From: Patescibacteria group bacterium
Lineage (GTDB): Bacteria > Patescibacteriota > Patescibacteriia > Magasanikbacterales > GWA2-37-8
Direction of reading: 5' to 3'
Length of the DNA: 64,000 bases
Assembly (NCBI GenBank): GCA_028705565.1
Contig: JAQWDH010000001.1
Location: forward strand, 20,363 to 84,362
Shown: piece after piece, positions 26,766 to 37,032 of the stretch
Position numbering within the stretch: the stretch's first letter is position 1
Layout: the number at the start of each line of letters is the position of its first letter
Position numbers and translations under genes: made by a program
Notes under the pieces: model-generated
The model's input: only the letters and a program-made list of their open reading frames with translations
Told to the model about the DNA's origin: nothing
Database searches by the model: none

Positions 26766-28154
26766 ATGTCAATTAGGAAGAAAAATTTTTTTAAATTGTT
26801 TTACGGAGACAAATCCGGCAGCATTTTATTGTTCGCTCTTGTTTTCGGTTCGCTCGCTTTTACTCTTATTGTTGTCGGCGTTTCGGGCTACGCGATTTTT
26901 GAAAATCGCGCTTCAACGCGAAAACATAATCGCGAGATGGCTTTTCAAATCGCCGATGCCGGCATAAATTATTACCGTTGGCATTTGGCGCACGATGACG
27001 ATGACTATCAAGACGGGACAGGGATTTCAGGTCCTTATGTTCATGAATATAAAGATAAAGACGGAAATGTTATCGGACATTTTTCTTTGAATATCACTCC
27101 GCCGGCGAGCGGTTCAACGGTTGTAACCGTGGAATCCACAGGATGGCTGGATACGCAGGTGGAAAGTTTAAGAATAATAAAAGCCAGAATAGGTTTTCCT
27201 TCTTTGACTGATTACGCTTTTTTGACTGACACGGATGTTTGGATAGGAGACACGGAAACAACGCATGGAAAATTTCATTCCAATGGCGGCATTCGTTTTG
27301 ACGGAGTTTGCGACGCGCCAGTCACAAGTATGATGCCGACTTATACTTGCAAAGTATTTCACGGATGCAGTAATCAAACCAGAGACGGGGTTTGGGGCGA
27401 TGGCGAACCGAGCGATTATTGGCAGTTTCCAATGCCAGAGGTTGATTTTGACGCGGTTACCGCCAAACTTGGAGAAATAAAGGAGGCCGCGGATCCTGAC
27501 AACGGCGGAATTTATTTATCTTCATCCGGAAAGCAAGGGTGGCATTTGCAATTTTTGGATAACGGAAAAATAAGCATCAGAAAAGTTAAAACAGCCGATT
27601 GTTATTGGGGCAAGGATATCGGCGACAGCCATCATCATTTATATTGCATAGACGCAAAAACTTTTGATACCGCGACTCTTTATGATATGCCGTCAAACGG
27701 TTATATTTATGTGGAAGACAATGTGTGGGTTGACGGAACAGTGAACGGACGCGCGACCATAGGCACGGCCGAAGGCAAGTCCATAATTATAAATGGCAAT
27801 ATCACTTATCACGCTAAAGATGGTAACCATGTTCTGGGTTTGATAGCCGACCAAAATATTTTAGTTCCATATAATTCCCCGAATGAATTGGAAATTGACG
27901 CGGCGCTTCTCGCTCATAGCGGCGCGGCTAAAAGGTATGATTATCCGGGAAACAAAAAGGATAATTTGTATATTTACGGTTCGGTCATAAGCGCGGGAAT
28001 TTGGACTTGGAGTTGGGCTTCCGCGGCAGGAGTGGTGACATCGGGTTATATAAATACGAACTCCACTTATGATTCCAATCTTTCTTACGGTCCTCCGCCG
28101 GGTTTTCCTGTTGGCAAGCAGTATGTTTTGATAAGTTGGGAAGTGATAAAATGA
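26766..28154 (+). CDS. PilX-like pilus assembly protein
   Basis: GSILLFAL leader, AFQIADAGINYY motif. Confidence 0.75.
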   Translation: MSIRKKNFFKLFYGDKSGSILLFALVFGSLAFTLIVVGVSGYAIFENRASTRKHNREMAFQIADAGINYYRWHLAHDDDDYQDGTGISGPYVHEYKDKDGNVIGHFSLNITPPASGSTVVTVESTGWLDTQVESLRIIKARIGFPSLTDYAFLTDTDVWIGDTETTHGKFHSNGGIRFDGVCDAPVTSMMPTYTCKVFHGCSNQTRDGVWGDGEPSDYWQFPMPEVDFDAVTAKLGEIKEAADPDNGGIYLSSSGKQGWHLQFLDNGKISIRKVKTADCYWGKDIGDSHHHLYCIDAKTFDTATLYDMPSNGYIYVEDNVWVDGTVNGRATIGTAEGKSIIINGNITYHAKDGNHVLGLIADQNILVPYNSPNELEIDAALLAHSGAAKRYDYPGNKKDNLYIYGSVISAGIWTWSWASAAGVVTSGYINTNSTYDSNLSYGPPPGFPVGKQYVLISWEVIK

Positions 28155-28340
28155 ACAATGGGGTGAAAATTCAGAGTTTGCCTTAAATCCGGGTTTTGGT
28201 ATAATAATATCGTCGTCCAAAAAATTTTTAATTTTTAATTTTTTAAATAAATTTTAATGCTTAAATTTTTAAACCGTTTTTGACATTTTGGTTTTGAGCT
28301 TGATTAAAAATTTGATATTTGAAATTTATTTATATATTGT

Positions 28341-29207
28341 ATGTCTCACATTAAAAAACTCGTTATACCGGTTGCCGGACTTGGCACAAGATTTTTGCCA
28401 GCCACTAAAGCGCAGCCGAAAGAAATGTTGCCGGTCGTGGATAAACCGATTATTCAATATGTCGTTGAAGAAGCGGTACGCGCCGGAATTGAGGATATTA
28501 TTCTTGTCACCGGTCCAAGCAAGCGCGCGGTGGAAGATCATTTCAGTCCGAATTATGAACTTTCAAATTGGCTGAAAAAACAAGGAAAAGACGAAATGGA
28601 AAAAGAAGTCGGCAAAATCGCTGAAATGGCGAATTTTATTTTTATTCGTCAAAAAGGCCCGTATGGCAACGGAACGCCCGTGCTTTGCGCGAAAAATATA
28701 ATCGGAGACGAACCTTTCGCGGTTGTATGGGGAGACGAGTTTTTTTACGCGGAAAAAAAACCGCAACTGAAACAATTGATTGATGTTTTTGAAAAATACG
28801 GCGACCCGGTTTTGACCGCGTATAAGGTGGACAAAGAAGGAACAAAAAAATACGGAATTTTAGACGGCTTGAAAATAGAAAAAGATATTTACCAGGTGAA
28901 AAACATCATAGAAAAACCAGGGCCGGAAAAAGCTCCGTCATTGCTTGCGAGCTTGGGCGGTTATATTTTAACGCCTGATATTTTTGAAGCGTTGGAAAGC
29001 ACAAAGCTTGGAAAAGACAATGAGCTTTGGCTTGTTGACGCGATTTTTAAACTTTTGAAAAAGAGGCCGATTTACGCGCGTTTGATTGATGGAGTTTATT
29101 ACGACACAGGCTCCAAACTCGGCTATCTTAAAGCAAATGTTGATTTCGCGTTGCGCGATAAAAAATTGGCGGAAGATTTTAGAAAATATCTTAAAAGTGT
29201 GATATAA
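28341..29207 (+). CDS. galU: UTP-glucose-1-phosphate uridylyltransferase
   Basis: VIPVAGLGTRFLPATKAQPKEMLPVVDKP. Confidence 0.95.
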   Translation: MSHIKKLVIPVAGLGTRFLPATKAQPKEMLPVVDKPIIQYVVEEAVRAGIEDIILVTGPSKRAVEDHFSPNYELSNWLKKQGKDEMEKEVGKIAEMANFIFIRQKGPYGNGTPVLCAKNIIGDEPFAVVWGDEFFYAEKKPQLKQLIDVFEKYGDPVLTAYKVDKEGTKKYGILDGLKIEKDIYQVKNIIEKPGPEKAPSLLASLGGYILTPDIFEALESTKLGKDNELWLVDAIFKLLKKRPIYARLIDGVYYDTGSKLGYLKANVDFALRDKKLAEDFRKYLKSVI

Positions 29208-29258
29208 TATTAACAGTCAATTTTCAATTCCGCAACGACGATTAAAAAATTTTTAAAT

Positions 29259-30641
29259 ATGTTTAAAAAAGTTTTGTTAATTTTTTTGGCAAGCGTTTTT
29301 ATCACGACTGGATTCGGCTGTAAAACAGCGTCGCCGGAAGAACAGGCGGCGGCAAAGCCGGTTACTTTGGAATACTGGACGGTTTTTGACGATGTGGACG
29401 CGTTAAAAAGTTTGATTGCCAAATTTAAAATTGACCATCCGCAAATAACCGTGAATTTACGCCAGCTTCGTTATGAAGAATTATATCCGCTTTTGGTTGA
29501 AGAATTGGCGGAAGACAAGGGACCGGATATTATTTCAGTCCGCAATCGTTGGATGAAAGAATTTCAAACGAAATTAGCGTCTATGCCGGCGAGCGCGAAG
29601 ATAGCCCGCACGACAGTTGAAAAAGGAATGGTTGGCGAAAAAGCGATTATATCAATGGAAACGCAAAGTTTGCCGACAGTCAGCCAGATAGACAAAGAAT
29701 ATGTTTCCGCTGTAAAAAATGATGTTGTGATTGACGGAAAGGCGTATGGTTTGCCGTTATCTTTTGACACAATGGCGGTTTATTTTAATAAAGATTTATT
29801 GGACAGAGCCGGCGTAGCCGAAACGCCGACAAGTTGGGAAGATTTTCAAGCGGCTGTTAAAAAAATTACCAAATATAACAAGACCACCGGAAAAATAATT
29901 CAGTCAGGCGCGGCTTTGGGAACAGGCAATAATATACCGTCGGCCGAAGACATACTTTACATACTTTTCAAACAAAGCGGATTAAATTTCACCGACAGCT
30001 CCGGTAAAGCGATATTCAACTCCGTTACGCAATTCAGCGCGGGCGGAGAATCTCCCGCAATGGGCGTAATGAATTTTTATTCCGATTTTGCCAATTCAAC
30101 TCGCGATACATATACTTGGAACGAAGAAATGGGCAATGCTTTGGATAGGTTTGTAAACGGTTCGGTTGCTTTTTTCTTCGGTTATCAGCATCAATATTCC
30201 GTAATCAAAGGACTCGCTCCGCAATTGAATTTTGGCATTATCCCAATGCCGCAATTGAATCCGGAAAAACCGGTAAACGCCGCGAATTATTGGGTTCAAA
30301 GCGTGGTGTCAAAATCAAAATATCAAAATGAAGCGTGGGCGTTCATAAATTATATCGCTCATTCCAAAGCCAACAAAGAATATCTGGATCAGTCAGGGCG
30401 ATTAACGGCTATGCGAATTTATATTACAGAACAAAAAGATAATCCGGATTTGGACCCGTTTATTTCTCAATTGCTTGTCGCGGAAAGTTGGTATAAAGGT
30501 AAAAATTATGAATCAGCCGCGCGAGCGATTACCGATATGGCGCACGAATGGTTGCAGACACCGGCTGAACCGTCAAGAATTTTGGAATACAGGCAGGGAA
30601 TTTTGGACCGCGCCGCGGCAAAAGTGAATCAGACATTATAG
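29259..30641 (+). CDS. Extracellular solute-binding lipoprotein (sugar-binding family 1-like)
   Basis: Lipobox TGFGC, GPDII, YGLPLSFDTMAVYFNKDLL..AG. Confidence 0.85.
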   Translation: MFKKVLLIFLASVFITTGFGCKTASPEEQAAAKPVTLEYWTVFDDVDALKSLIAKFKIDHPQITVNLRQLRYEELYPLLVEELAEDKGPDIISVRNRWMKEFQTKLASMPASAKIARTTVEKGMVGEKAIISMETQSLPTVSQIDKEYVSAVKNDVVIDGKAYGLPLSFDTMAVYFNKDLLDRAGVAETPTSWEDFQAAVKKITKYNKTTGKIIQSGAALGTGNNIPSAEDILYILFKQSGLNFTDSSGKAIFNSVTQFSAGGESPAMGVMNFYSDFANSTRDTYTWNEEMGNALDRFVNGSVAFFFGYQHQYSVIKGLAPQLNFGIIPMPQLNPEKPVNAANYWVQSVVSKSKYQNEAWAFINYIAHSKANKEYLDQSGRLTAMRIYITEQKDNPDLDPFISQLLVAESWYKGKNYESAARAITDMAHEWLQTPAEPSRILEYRQGILDRAAAKVNQTL

Positions 30642-30672
30642 ATTGTAGGCAGTGGACGGTGGACGGTTGGCG

Positions 30673-30713
30673 ATGAATTATGAATTATGAATTATGAATA
30701 ATGAATTACGAAT
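30673..30713. repeat. ATGAATT heptamer tract
   Basis: ATGAATT-ATGAATT-ATGAATT-ATGAATA-ATGAATT-ACGAAT. Confidence 0.75.
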
Positions 30714-31386
30714 GACAAAAATTTTTACATCAATCGCGGTTGTGTTTCTCGCGAGCGTTTTTTTCACATTTTATTCAGTTCCCGTCGCGCAGGCGGCGAA
30801 TAGGTGTTTTTGTTCCAGTAATTTGGAACAGGCAACCGCGGAAAATTTAACAGGGCATCGTTTTGACGCGACATGCACAACCAATAATTCGGAAGACACA
30901 TGCAACGGACAATCCGAAGCGATATGCGCTCGTCTTGATTTTGATTTTTGTTCCTGTTTGTTAAAAAATACGGATGAAAGTTGCGCGAACAATGTGAGCG
31001 CTTGGCGCGCAAGATATGAAACAATTCAAAGACAAAGCGCCGCGGATGAAAGCGAGGCATCGTCCGGAGGAATTGTCGGGGCGTTTTTGCCGAGATGCGC
31101 CACCGAAGATAATTTGAGCGGCGAATGCAGAAGCGTGGATGTTTTTATAATTTTGGCGATTAACATCGGCCGGTGGCTGTTTTCCATTATCGGCGCTTTG
31201 GCTTTAGGCGCGTTTGTTTTCGGCGGTTTTACTTTGGTGATGTCAAGCGGAAATCCTGAAGAAGTAAAAAAAGGAAAAAACATAATGATTGCCGCTGTAA
31301 CTGGGTTGCTCGTGGCTTTCGGCGCTTATCTTTTAATCAATTTTTTAGGCGATGCTGTTGGCGTAAAAGGGGAGTTTAAATTGTAA
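30712..31386 (+). CDS. TrbC/VirB2-like pilin with Cys-rich N-terminal domain
   Basis: Signal peptide, many Cys, C-terminal GG..L..SSGNPEEVKKGK..M.AAV.GL...FGAY; start likely 30712. Confidence 0.75.
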   Translation: MTKIFTSIAVVFLASVFFTFYSVPVAQAANRCFCSSNLEQATAENLTGHRFDATCTTNNSEDTCNGQSEAICARLDFDFCSCLLKNTDESCANNVSAWRARYETIQRQSAADESEASSGGIVGAFLPRCATEDNLSGECRSVDVFIILAINIGRWLFSIIGALALGAFVFGGFTLVMSSGNPEEVKKGKNIMIAAVTGLLVAFGAYLLINFLGDAVGVKGEFKL

Positions 31387-31389
31387 TTT

Positions 31390-32109
31390 ATGCGTTCATT
31401 GTTTTTCTTTTGTTTCATTTTTATAATATTTTTTGCGTTTTCAACGCCTGTTTTTGCCGGTAATGTTTTGGTTCCATACGGTTGCGTTCAGCGCGAGAGA
31501 ATCGTAAACAACAGCGGAAGTGAATCTTTTCGCGAAACAAGTTGCGATGAAAAATCTTTAACATGCGACCCGACCGCGAGTATGAGTTGTCAGCCGATAT
31601 GCATCGGAGAAAATATATTGATGCGATGGGGAGTTTGTTCCGGTGGGGCAGTTGTTTATAAATGTGAAAGTAAATTAACCGGCGAATGTTCCACAGTCAC
31701 GCTTAGAGAAAATATAGGAGTTTTTAGCGCTTGCGTCGCCGGAACCGTGGAAAGAGGAGATTGTCCATCGGCCAGTCCGGAAGTTATTGAAAACACGCAA
31801 GAGGAATCCGCCGGAGGACAATCGTCGGCTTCGGGTATTGATTTGCGCGCGGAAGCCCGAAGTTTGAACCCGATGAATTTTGGAGATATATCGGAGCTTG
31901 TTGGTCGCGCGATAAACGCGTTGATGGCTTTTATCGGCTCAATAACTTTGGTCCTTTATATTTTCGCCGGATTTTTGTGGATGACCGCGGCAGGAGCCAA
32001 AGAAAAAATTGTAAAAGCAAAAAGCATATTTATTTGGACAAGTATGGGTGTCGTCGTGATGCTTGGCAGTTATATTTTGGTAAAATTCGTTTTTGATATT
32101 TTGGGATAA
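31390..32109 (+). CDS. TrbC/VirB2-like pilin with Cys-rich domain
   Basis: AGFLWMTAAGAKEKIVKAK..IW..MG. Confidence 0.75.
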   Translation: MRSLFFFCFIFIIFFAFSTPVFAGNVLVPYGCVQRERIVNNSGSESFRETSCDEKSLTCDPTASMSCQPICIGENILMRWGVCSGGAVVYKCESKLTGECSTVTLRENIGVFSACVAGTVERGDCPSASPEVIENTQEESAGGQSSASGIDLRAEARSLNPMNFGDISELVGRAINALMAFIGSITLVLYIFAGFLWMTAAGAKEKIVKAKSIFIWTSMGVVVMLGSYILVKFVFDILG

Positions 32110-32135
32110 ATGAAATATAAGACGACTTATAAATT

Positions 32136-32178
32136 GTCATTGCGAGGAGCGAGCGAAGTAAGCGACGAAGCAATCCCA
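32136..32178. repeat. REP-like arm
   Basis: GTCATTGCGAGGAGCGAGCGAAGTAAGCGACGAAGCAATCCC; another arm GTCATTCTGAGCAAAGCGAAGAATCTC at about 32884. Confidence 0.6.
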
Positions 32179-32239
32179 TGGTTCGGTAGTGCCGGCAATG
32201 TATTTCTGAAACATTAATAGTCGGAATAACAAAAATTTT

Positions 32240-32836
32240 ATGTTCAGAAAGAAAACAAAAGTTTTAACATCAATCGCGATTGTATTTTTTCTCGGTGTTT
32301 TTTTTGCTTTTTCGGCTGTTCCGGCGAAAGCGGAAATTTCCGAAAGTTCATCAAGTAACGACGAGGCAAGTTTTATGTGCGTTTGCGCCGACAGTTGTGA
32401 TAATTACACGACCCAAGCCGCGGCAGAAGCGAATTGCCAGATGTCCGGATGCCAGCCGCTTTCAGGAACTTGCGCGATAGAATCAACAACACAACAACAA
32501 TCATTGCCAAATCAATCGGAAGAAAGCGCGAGCGGGCAAACGGAAGAGTCCGGTTCTTCCGGAGAAATTCGTCTTGTAAATCCTTTGAGCAGCGGAGCTA
32601 CGGACTTGCCGGTTATTTTGGGGCAAGTTATTAAAGGCGCTTTGGGCGCGCTCGGTTCGTTGGCTTTGTTGATGCTCGTGTGGGGCGGTTTTCAATGGCT
32701 CACTTCCGCCGGCAATCCGGAAAAAGTAAAAAAAGGAACGCAAACAATGATTTGGGCCGCTGTTGGTGTTGCAATCGCTTTAGCGAGTTATTTCTTGGTG
32801 TCAACTGTAATAAAGGCTTTAAGCGGAAGTATTTAA
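32240..32836 (+). CDS. TrbC/VirB2-like pilin with Cys-rich domain
   Basis: NPL...GGFQWLTSAGNPEKVKKG..TMIWA. Confidence 0.75.
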   Translation: MFRKKTKVLTSIAIVFFLGVFFAFSAVPAKAEISESSSSNDEASFMCVCADSCDNYTTQAAAEANCQMSGCQPLSGTCAIESTTQQQSLPNQSEESASGQTEESGSSGEIRLVNPLSSGATDLPVILGQVIKGALGALGSLALLMLVWGGFQWLTSAGNPEKVKKGTQTMIWAAVGVAIALASYFLVSTVIKALSGSI

Positions 32837-32976
32837 GTGATATAATAAACTTGAATTAGAATTCATTTTGGGTTTCACCAATTGTCATTCTGAGCAAAGC
32901 GAAGAATCTCTGTCCAATTGGCAAAATAACAGCATGAGTTATTAGTTAATCATTAATTTAGAGAGGGGGTGAGAAT

Positions 32977-33360
32977 ATGATAAAGAAATTTTTAGTGTTC
33001 GCGGTATTGGCGTCTGTTTTGTTATTGGCGACGCCGGTTCTCGCTCAAACGAATCCTTGCGGCGCGAATGACCCGTTATGTTTACAGCCAGCCCAACAAA
33101 TAGGATTAGGCACTTCCGATATACGCGTTACCATAGCTAGAATAATAAAAGTGGCCATGGGACTTTTGGGTATAGTTGCGGTCGTGATAGTTTTGATAGG
33201 CGGTTTCACTTGGATGACTGCCGGCGGTGATGAAACAAAAACCGGAAATGCCAAAAAATGGATTTTCGGCGGCGTAATCGGCTTGGCAATTATATTGTCG
33301 GCTTACGCGTTGACCAGTTTTGTCATTAACAGCTTAATGAGCGCTACAACAGGAGTATAA
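32977..33360 (+). CDS. TrbC/VirB2-like pilin, probable major subunit
   Basis: GGFTWMTAGGDE.K...AK..I..G.IGL.IILSAY; strongest SD (GAGGGGGTGA); downstream hairpin 33377-33420. Confidence 0.8.
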   Translation: MIKKFLVFAVLASVLLLATPVLAQTNPCGANDPLCLQPAQQIGLGTSDIRVTIARIIKVAMGLLGIVAVVIVLIGGFTWMTAGGDETKTGNAKKWIFGGVIGLAIILSAYALTSFVINSLMSATTGV

Positions 33361-33512
33361 AATTAAAAAGCGGATAGGCGCGTTTGTTTCGTCGGCATAA
33401 TCATGGGAAACAGGCGCGCCGTTCTCGCTCGTTGATTTTTTAATGGTTTTATTTTTAAAATATTCGGACGAATTTTTAATAATGGAACGATTAAAAAAAG
33501 GAATTATTTTTT

Positions 33513-34091
33513 ATGAAAAAAAGAGCTTTAAAAATATTTTTGTTCGCCGCGGTTTTGGTTTTAGTCGCGCCGATTTTCGTTTTTGCCACAAACGGAAGCG
33601 ATAAATACGGAATTGAAAGAGCGGCTGACACGGCCGGACTGCAAAGAAGCATCGGAGGCGAAACGACAGTGCCCGGAGTAATCGGCTCCGTTATATCAGC
33701 CGGACTCGCTCTGCTCGGCGTATTGTTTTTTCTTTTGATTTTATACTCCGGTTTTATTTGGATGAAAGCGATGGGCAAATCGGATGAAGTGACAAAAGCG
33801 AAAGATACCATGGAAGCGGCGGTTGTCGGTTTGGTGCTTGTGCTCGCGGCTTACGCTTTGGCGAATTTCGTTTTTGGAAGTTTGACAGGTGGTGGCGAAG
33901 AAGTACAAACGACAACCGCGCCTTGCGCGCAAAGGACTGAGAGTAATTGTTTATCGGGGGGAGAGTGTATGTATGACAGTGTAAATGGTTGTTATAGTAC
34001 TGAAATAATACCTTGTGAAGAAAGAACAGAAAGCAATTGCGTCGCCGATGGTGAGTGTTTTTATGCTGATAACGAATGTTCTCCAATTTAA
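33513..34091 (+). CDS. TrbC/VirB2-like pilin with C-terminal duplicated Cys repeat
   Basis: YSGFIWMKAMG...VTKAK; CAQRTESNC...EC / CEERTESNC...EC. Confidence 0.75.
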   Translation: MKKRALKIFLFAAVLVLVAPIFVFATNGSDKYGIERAADTAGLQRSIGGETTVPGVIGSVISAGLALLGVLFFLLILYSGFIWMKAMGKSDEVTKAKDTMEAAVVGLVLVLAAYALANFVFGSLTGGGEEVQTTTAPCAQRTESNCLSGGECMYDSVNGCYSTEIIPCEERTESNCVADGECFYADNECSPI

Positions 34092-34114
34092 AAAATAACT
34101 TTTATTTAAAATTT

Positions 34115-34513
34115 ATGAAAAAATATATAGCAGTTTTAATTGTTTTTTCATTTTTGATTTTATTGCCGATGGCTTGCGCGGAAGCGAAAGGGCTCGGAGA
34201 TGCTATGGGAAATTTACAACAGGCCGCAGGCGATACTGGCCTTGAAAGCAATCTTACATCAAGCGTTGGAACTATAATAAAAATCGCGTTGGGAACGCTC
34301 GGCACCGTGTTTTTGATTTTAATGGTTTATGCCGGTTATCTTTGGATGACAGCTGCCGGAGATGAAAAGAAAACAACAAAAGCGAAAGATATAATCAAAG
34401 CCGCGGTAATAGGTCTTGTCATCACGGTATCAGCCTATGCCATTACTTCTTTTGTAACGACAAAAATTGCGGGCGGAAGCAGCGCGGCATCGGAGGCTGG
34501 CGCGTCAAATTAA
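34115..34513 (+). CDS. TrbC/VirB2-like pilin
   Basis: YAGYLWMTAAGDEKKTTKAK; start MKKYI at 34115. Confidence 0.8.
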   Translation: MKKYIAVLIVFSFLILLPMACAEAKGLGDAMGNLQQAAGDTGLESNLTSSVGTIIKIALGTLGTVFLILMVYAGYLWMTAAGDEKKTTKAKDIIKAAVIGLVITVSAYAITSFVTTKIAGGSSAASEAGASN

Positions 34514-34542
34514 AATTTAAACCAATTTTTAATTTTATATTT

Positions 34543-34938
34543 ATGAATAAAAAAATATTGCATGGTTTGGCGATTTTAAGTTTGGCGTTCGCGATTTTGG
34601 CTCCGACAGCGTCTTTGGCCGTGTTAAACATCAACGAGCTTACCGAGGGTGTAGCGCAGGAAGCGGGATATGAACCTGCCACCGGTGGCGGAAGTTTGGC
34701 GGCGACTGTCGGAAACATAATTAGAATCGCTTTATCAATTCTTGGCACCGTGTTTTTAGTGCTTATTCTTTACGCCGGATTTTTGTGGATGACCGCGGCA
34801 GGGGACGAAAAAAAGACAACCCAGGCGAAAAGCATTATCACTTCTTCGGTGATAGGGTTGCTTATTATTTTGTCGGCTTACGCCATTACTTATTTTGTGA
34901 CGAATTCTCTCCTTGAAGCTACAACAGCGCAGTATTAG
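34543..34938 (+). CDS. TrbC/VirB2-like pilin
   Basis: YAGFLWMTAAGDEKKTTQAK. Confidence 0.8.
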   Translation: MNKKILHGLAILSLAFAILAPTASLAVLNINELTEGVAQEAGYEPATGGGSLAATVGNIIRIALSILGTVFLVLILYAGFLWMTAAGDEKKTTQAKSIITSSVIGLLIILSAYAITYFVTNSLLEATTAQY

Positions 34939-36029
34939 CCGCCCAAAAGATTTTTGAAGATAATTTCGTTTGGGTTCGCGCAATTAAAATTATTATTTTC
35001 AGAAGGCGTTTTAAGCAACGCCTTTTTTGTTTCAGCGACAAGTTCTTCAATCGTGTCAACGCGAACGCCAAAATTGTTTTTTACCAAAAATTCGGCGTTA
35101 TGTTCTTCCTGCCCCGGTATTGGATTGATAATAATCATCGGTTTGTTTAAAAAAAGACATTCGGCCGTTGTCATGCCGCCGGGTTTGGTTATAACAACTT
35201 TCGCGATTCTTTTCCATTCGTCAATGTTGTCCGCGTATTCCAAAGGTATGTAGCGCGTTGTCGGTATTTCCTTGATATTTTTTAATCCGCGATATAATTC
35301 TTTGTTATTTTTTCCGGATATGGCAATGAGGTTAAGATTTCCGATTTCCAAAATTTTTTCCGCCGCTTCCGTCATATCAATGGAATTTATCCCTCCCACC
35401 TGTGATGGTTTTAAAAGTATCGTCGGCCATTCTTTTTTTATTCCCAATTTATTTTTCAGTTCCGCGATATTTTTTTGTTTAAAAAATTCCGGATTAACCG
35501 GCAATCCGCTCGCTAACGCTTTCATTCCCTTTTTTTCAAAAGTTTTTTTCATTTCTTCTGTGGCGACAAAAAATTTTCTGGCGGATGAGGAAAACCAAAA
35601 TTTATGCGCGCGATAGTCGGTGATGACGACATCAATCGGAATTTTAAAATCCGAAGGCAAAAAATGAGGCGGTAAAAAATAAGTGGACACTATTAAATCC
35701 GGTCGGCTTTCTTTTATTTTTTTTAAAAATTTGCCTGACACTACGCGAAACATTGATTTCATTTTATGCGGAAGAGAGTCGGGCAAGAGAAAACTGTCGG
35801 TGGCGTAATAGGCGGCTCCGTAAAGATTCGGGAAGTGCCGTATCAAAAAATCATAAAAAGACGAGAAAAAATTTTTCATCAATTTTCCAGTGTAATCGTT
35901 GATGTCAACATGCTCAAATTCAATTAGCGGATAATTTTTTCGTCCATAACAAAAAAGAGCGTTGGCGGCGGCAGTATGCCCGGAACCGGCCGAACACGAA
36001 ACAAAAAGTATTTTTTTTATTGAAGACAT
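34935..36029 (-). CDS. MGDG synthase/UgtP-like glycosyltransferase (GT28)
   Basis: GSGHTAAA, VITDY..H..W, TKPGGMT..E, PIPGQEEHNA. Confidence 0.88.
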   Translation of the reverse strand: MSSIKKILFVSCSAGSGHTAAANALFCYGRKNYPLIEFEHVDINDYTGKLMKNFFSSFYDFLIRHFPNLYGAAYYATDSFLLPDSLPHKMKSMFRVVSGKFLKKIKESRPDLIVSTYFLPPHFLPSDFKIPIDVVITDYRAHKFWFSSSARKFFVATEEMKKTFEKKGMKALASGLPVNPEFFKQKNIAELKNKLGIKKEWPTILLKPSQVGGINSIDMTEAAEKILEIGNLNLIAISGKNNKELYRGLKNIKEIPTTRYIPLEYADNIDEWKRIAKVVITKPGGMTTAECLFLNKPMIIINPIPGQEEHNAEFLVKNNFGVRVDTIEELVAETKKALLKTPSENNNFNCANPNEIIFKNLLGG

Positions 36030-36034
36030 AATCG

Positions 36035-36106
36035 GGTGGCTACTGGGAGTTGAACCCAGACCAGCGGGACCACAACCCGCTGTTCTACCGCTAAACTATA
36101 GCCACC
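36035..36106 (-). tRNA. tRNA-His(GTG)
   Basis: G-1 GGTGGCT...GCGGG-TTGTGGT-CCCGC...AGCCACC. Confidence 0.95.
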
Positions 36107-36188
36107 ATGTATTGTTAATTTACGACTTTTTTGAATTTTAATCAACCCTGTCTGTTGCCATTGGCGCATAAATCGGAGGGCAGATCAG

Positions 36189-36260
36189 TGTCCCCAGTAG
36201 GAATCGAACCTACATATCCAACTTAGAAGGCTGGTGTTCTATCCATTGAACTATGGGGAC
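36189..36260 (-). tRNA. tRNA-Arg(TCT)
   Basis: GTCCCCA...CCAGC-CTTCTAA-GTTGG...TGGGGACA. Confidence 0.95.
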
Positions 36261-36484
36261 GAAATTTGTTTAAAACAAAACATACCAAATATAATAATAC
36301 ATTTTGGCGAAAAAATCAAGGGAGTGGTATAATAAACGGATGATGGACGGGCGGACTATGGACTATGGACTGTAGACGATGCTGTCATCCCGAATGCAGC
36401 AGTAGTCCTTTTTTCAATTTCAAAATCCTAATTTCAAATTTCCAATAAAGCCAAAAATTCAAATGTCAAAAAATAATTTGAAGT

Positions 36485-36826
36485 ATGTTTAAAAAATTTT
36501 TATTAATTTTATCGGTTGGTATTTTGATTTGCGTTCCGGCGTTCGCGCGCGATTATGGTTTGCAAGAAACCGGCTCTGTCGCGGAATATTCGCAATCTTC
36601 CGTTTATAAATCTGCCAACAGCATTGTGTCGGTGTTTTTGTCGATTTTGGCGATTTTATTTTTAGGTCTGATGCTGTATTCGGGAATTCGCTGGATGACG
36701 GCGCACGGCAATGAGGAAATGTTGACCAAAGCCAAAAATATAATGGAAGCCGCGATAATCGGATTGATTATAGTAGTGGCGTCTTACGCAATTTCAAATT
36801 TTATTCTTGAACGCCTTATACAATAG
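36485..36826 (+). CDS. TrbC/VirB2-like pilin (solitary)
   Basis: YSGIRWMTAHGNEE...KAK..EAAIIGL..VVASY. Confidence 0.8.
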   Translation: MFKKFLLILSVGILICVPAFARDYGLQETGSVAEYSQSSVYKSANSIVSVFLSILAILFLGLMLYSGIRWMTAHGNEEMLTKAKNIMEAAIIGLIIVVASYAISNFILERLIQ

Positions 36827-37032
36827 ACAATAGTCCGCAGGCCAATTAACCCGCCACCGGACAGAGATCCCTCTCTGCCGTTCGGGATGACAGTATCGTC
36901 CACCGTCCACCGTATTGACATTTTTTGGGAATAGGAGTAATATTGAGGTGTTTAATAATTCCGCGTTATTTATAAGCGGGACCGAACTGTTAGGAAACAT
37001 GCTCTTAACGAGCTCGGTTAACAAAAGCATGT

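Noticed and set aside
30694-34938. Diversity-generating retroelement acting on the pilins
   Set aside because: No reverse transcriptase and no adenine-specific TR/VR pair seen.
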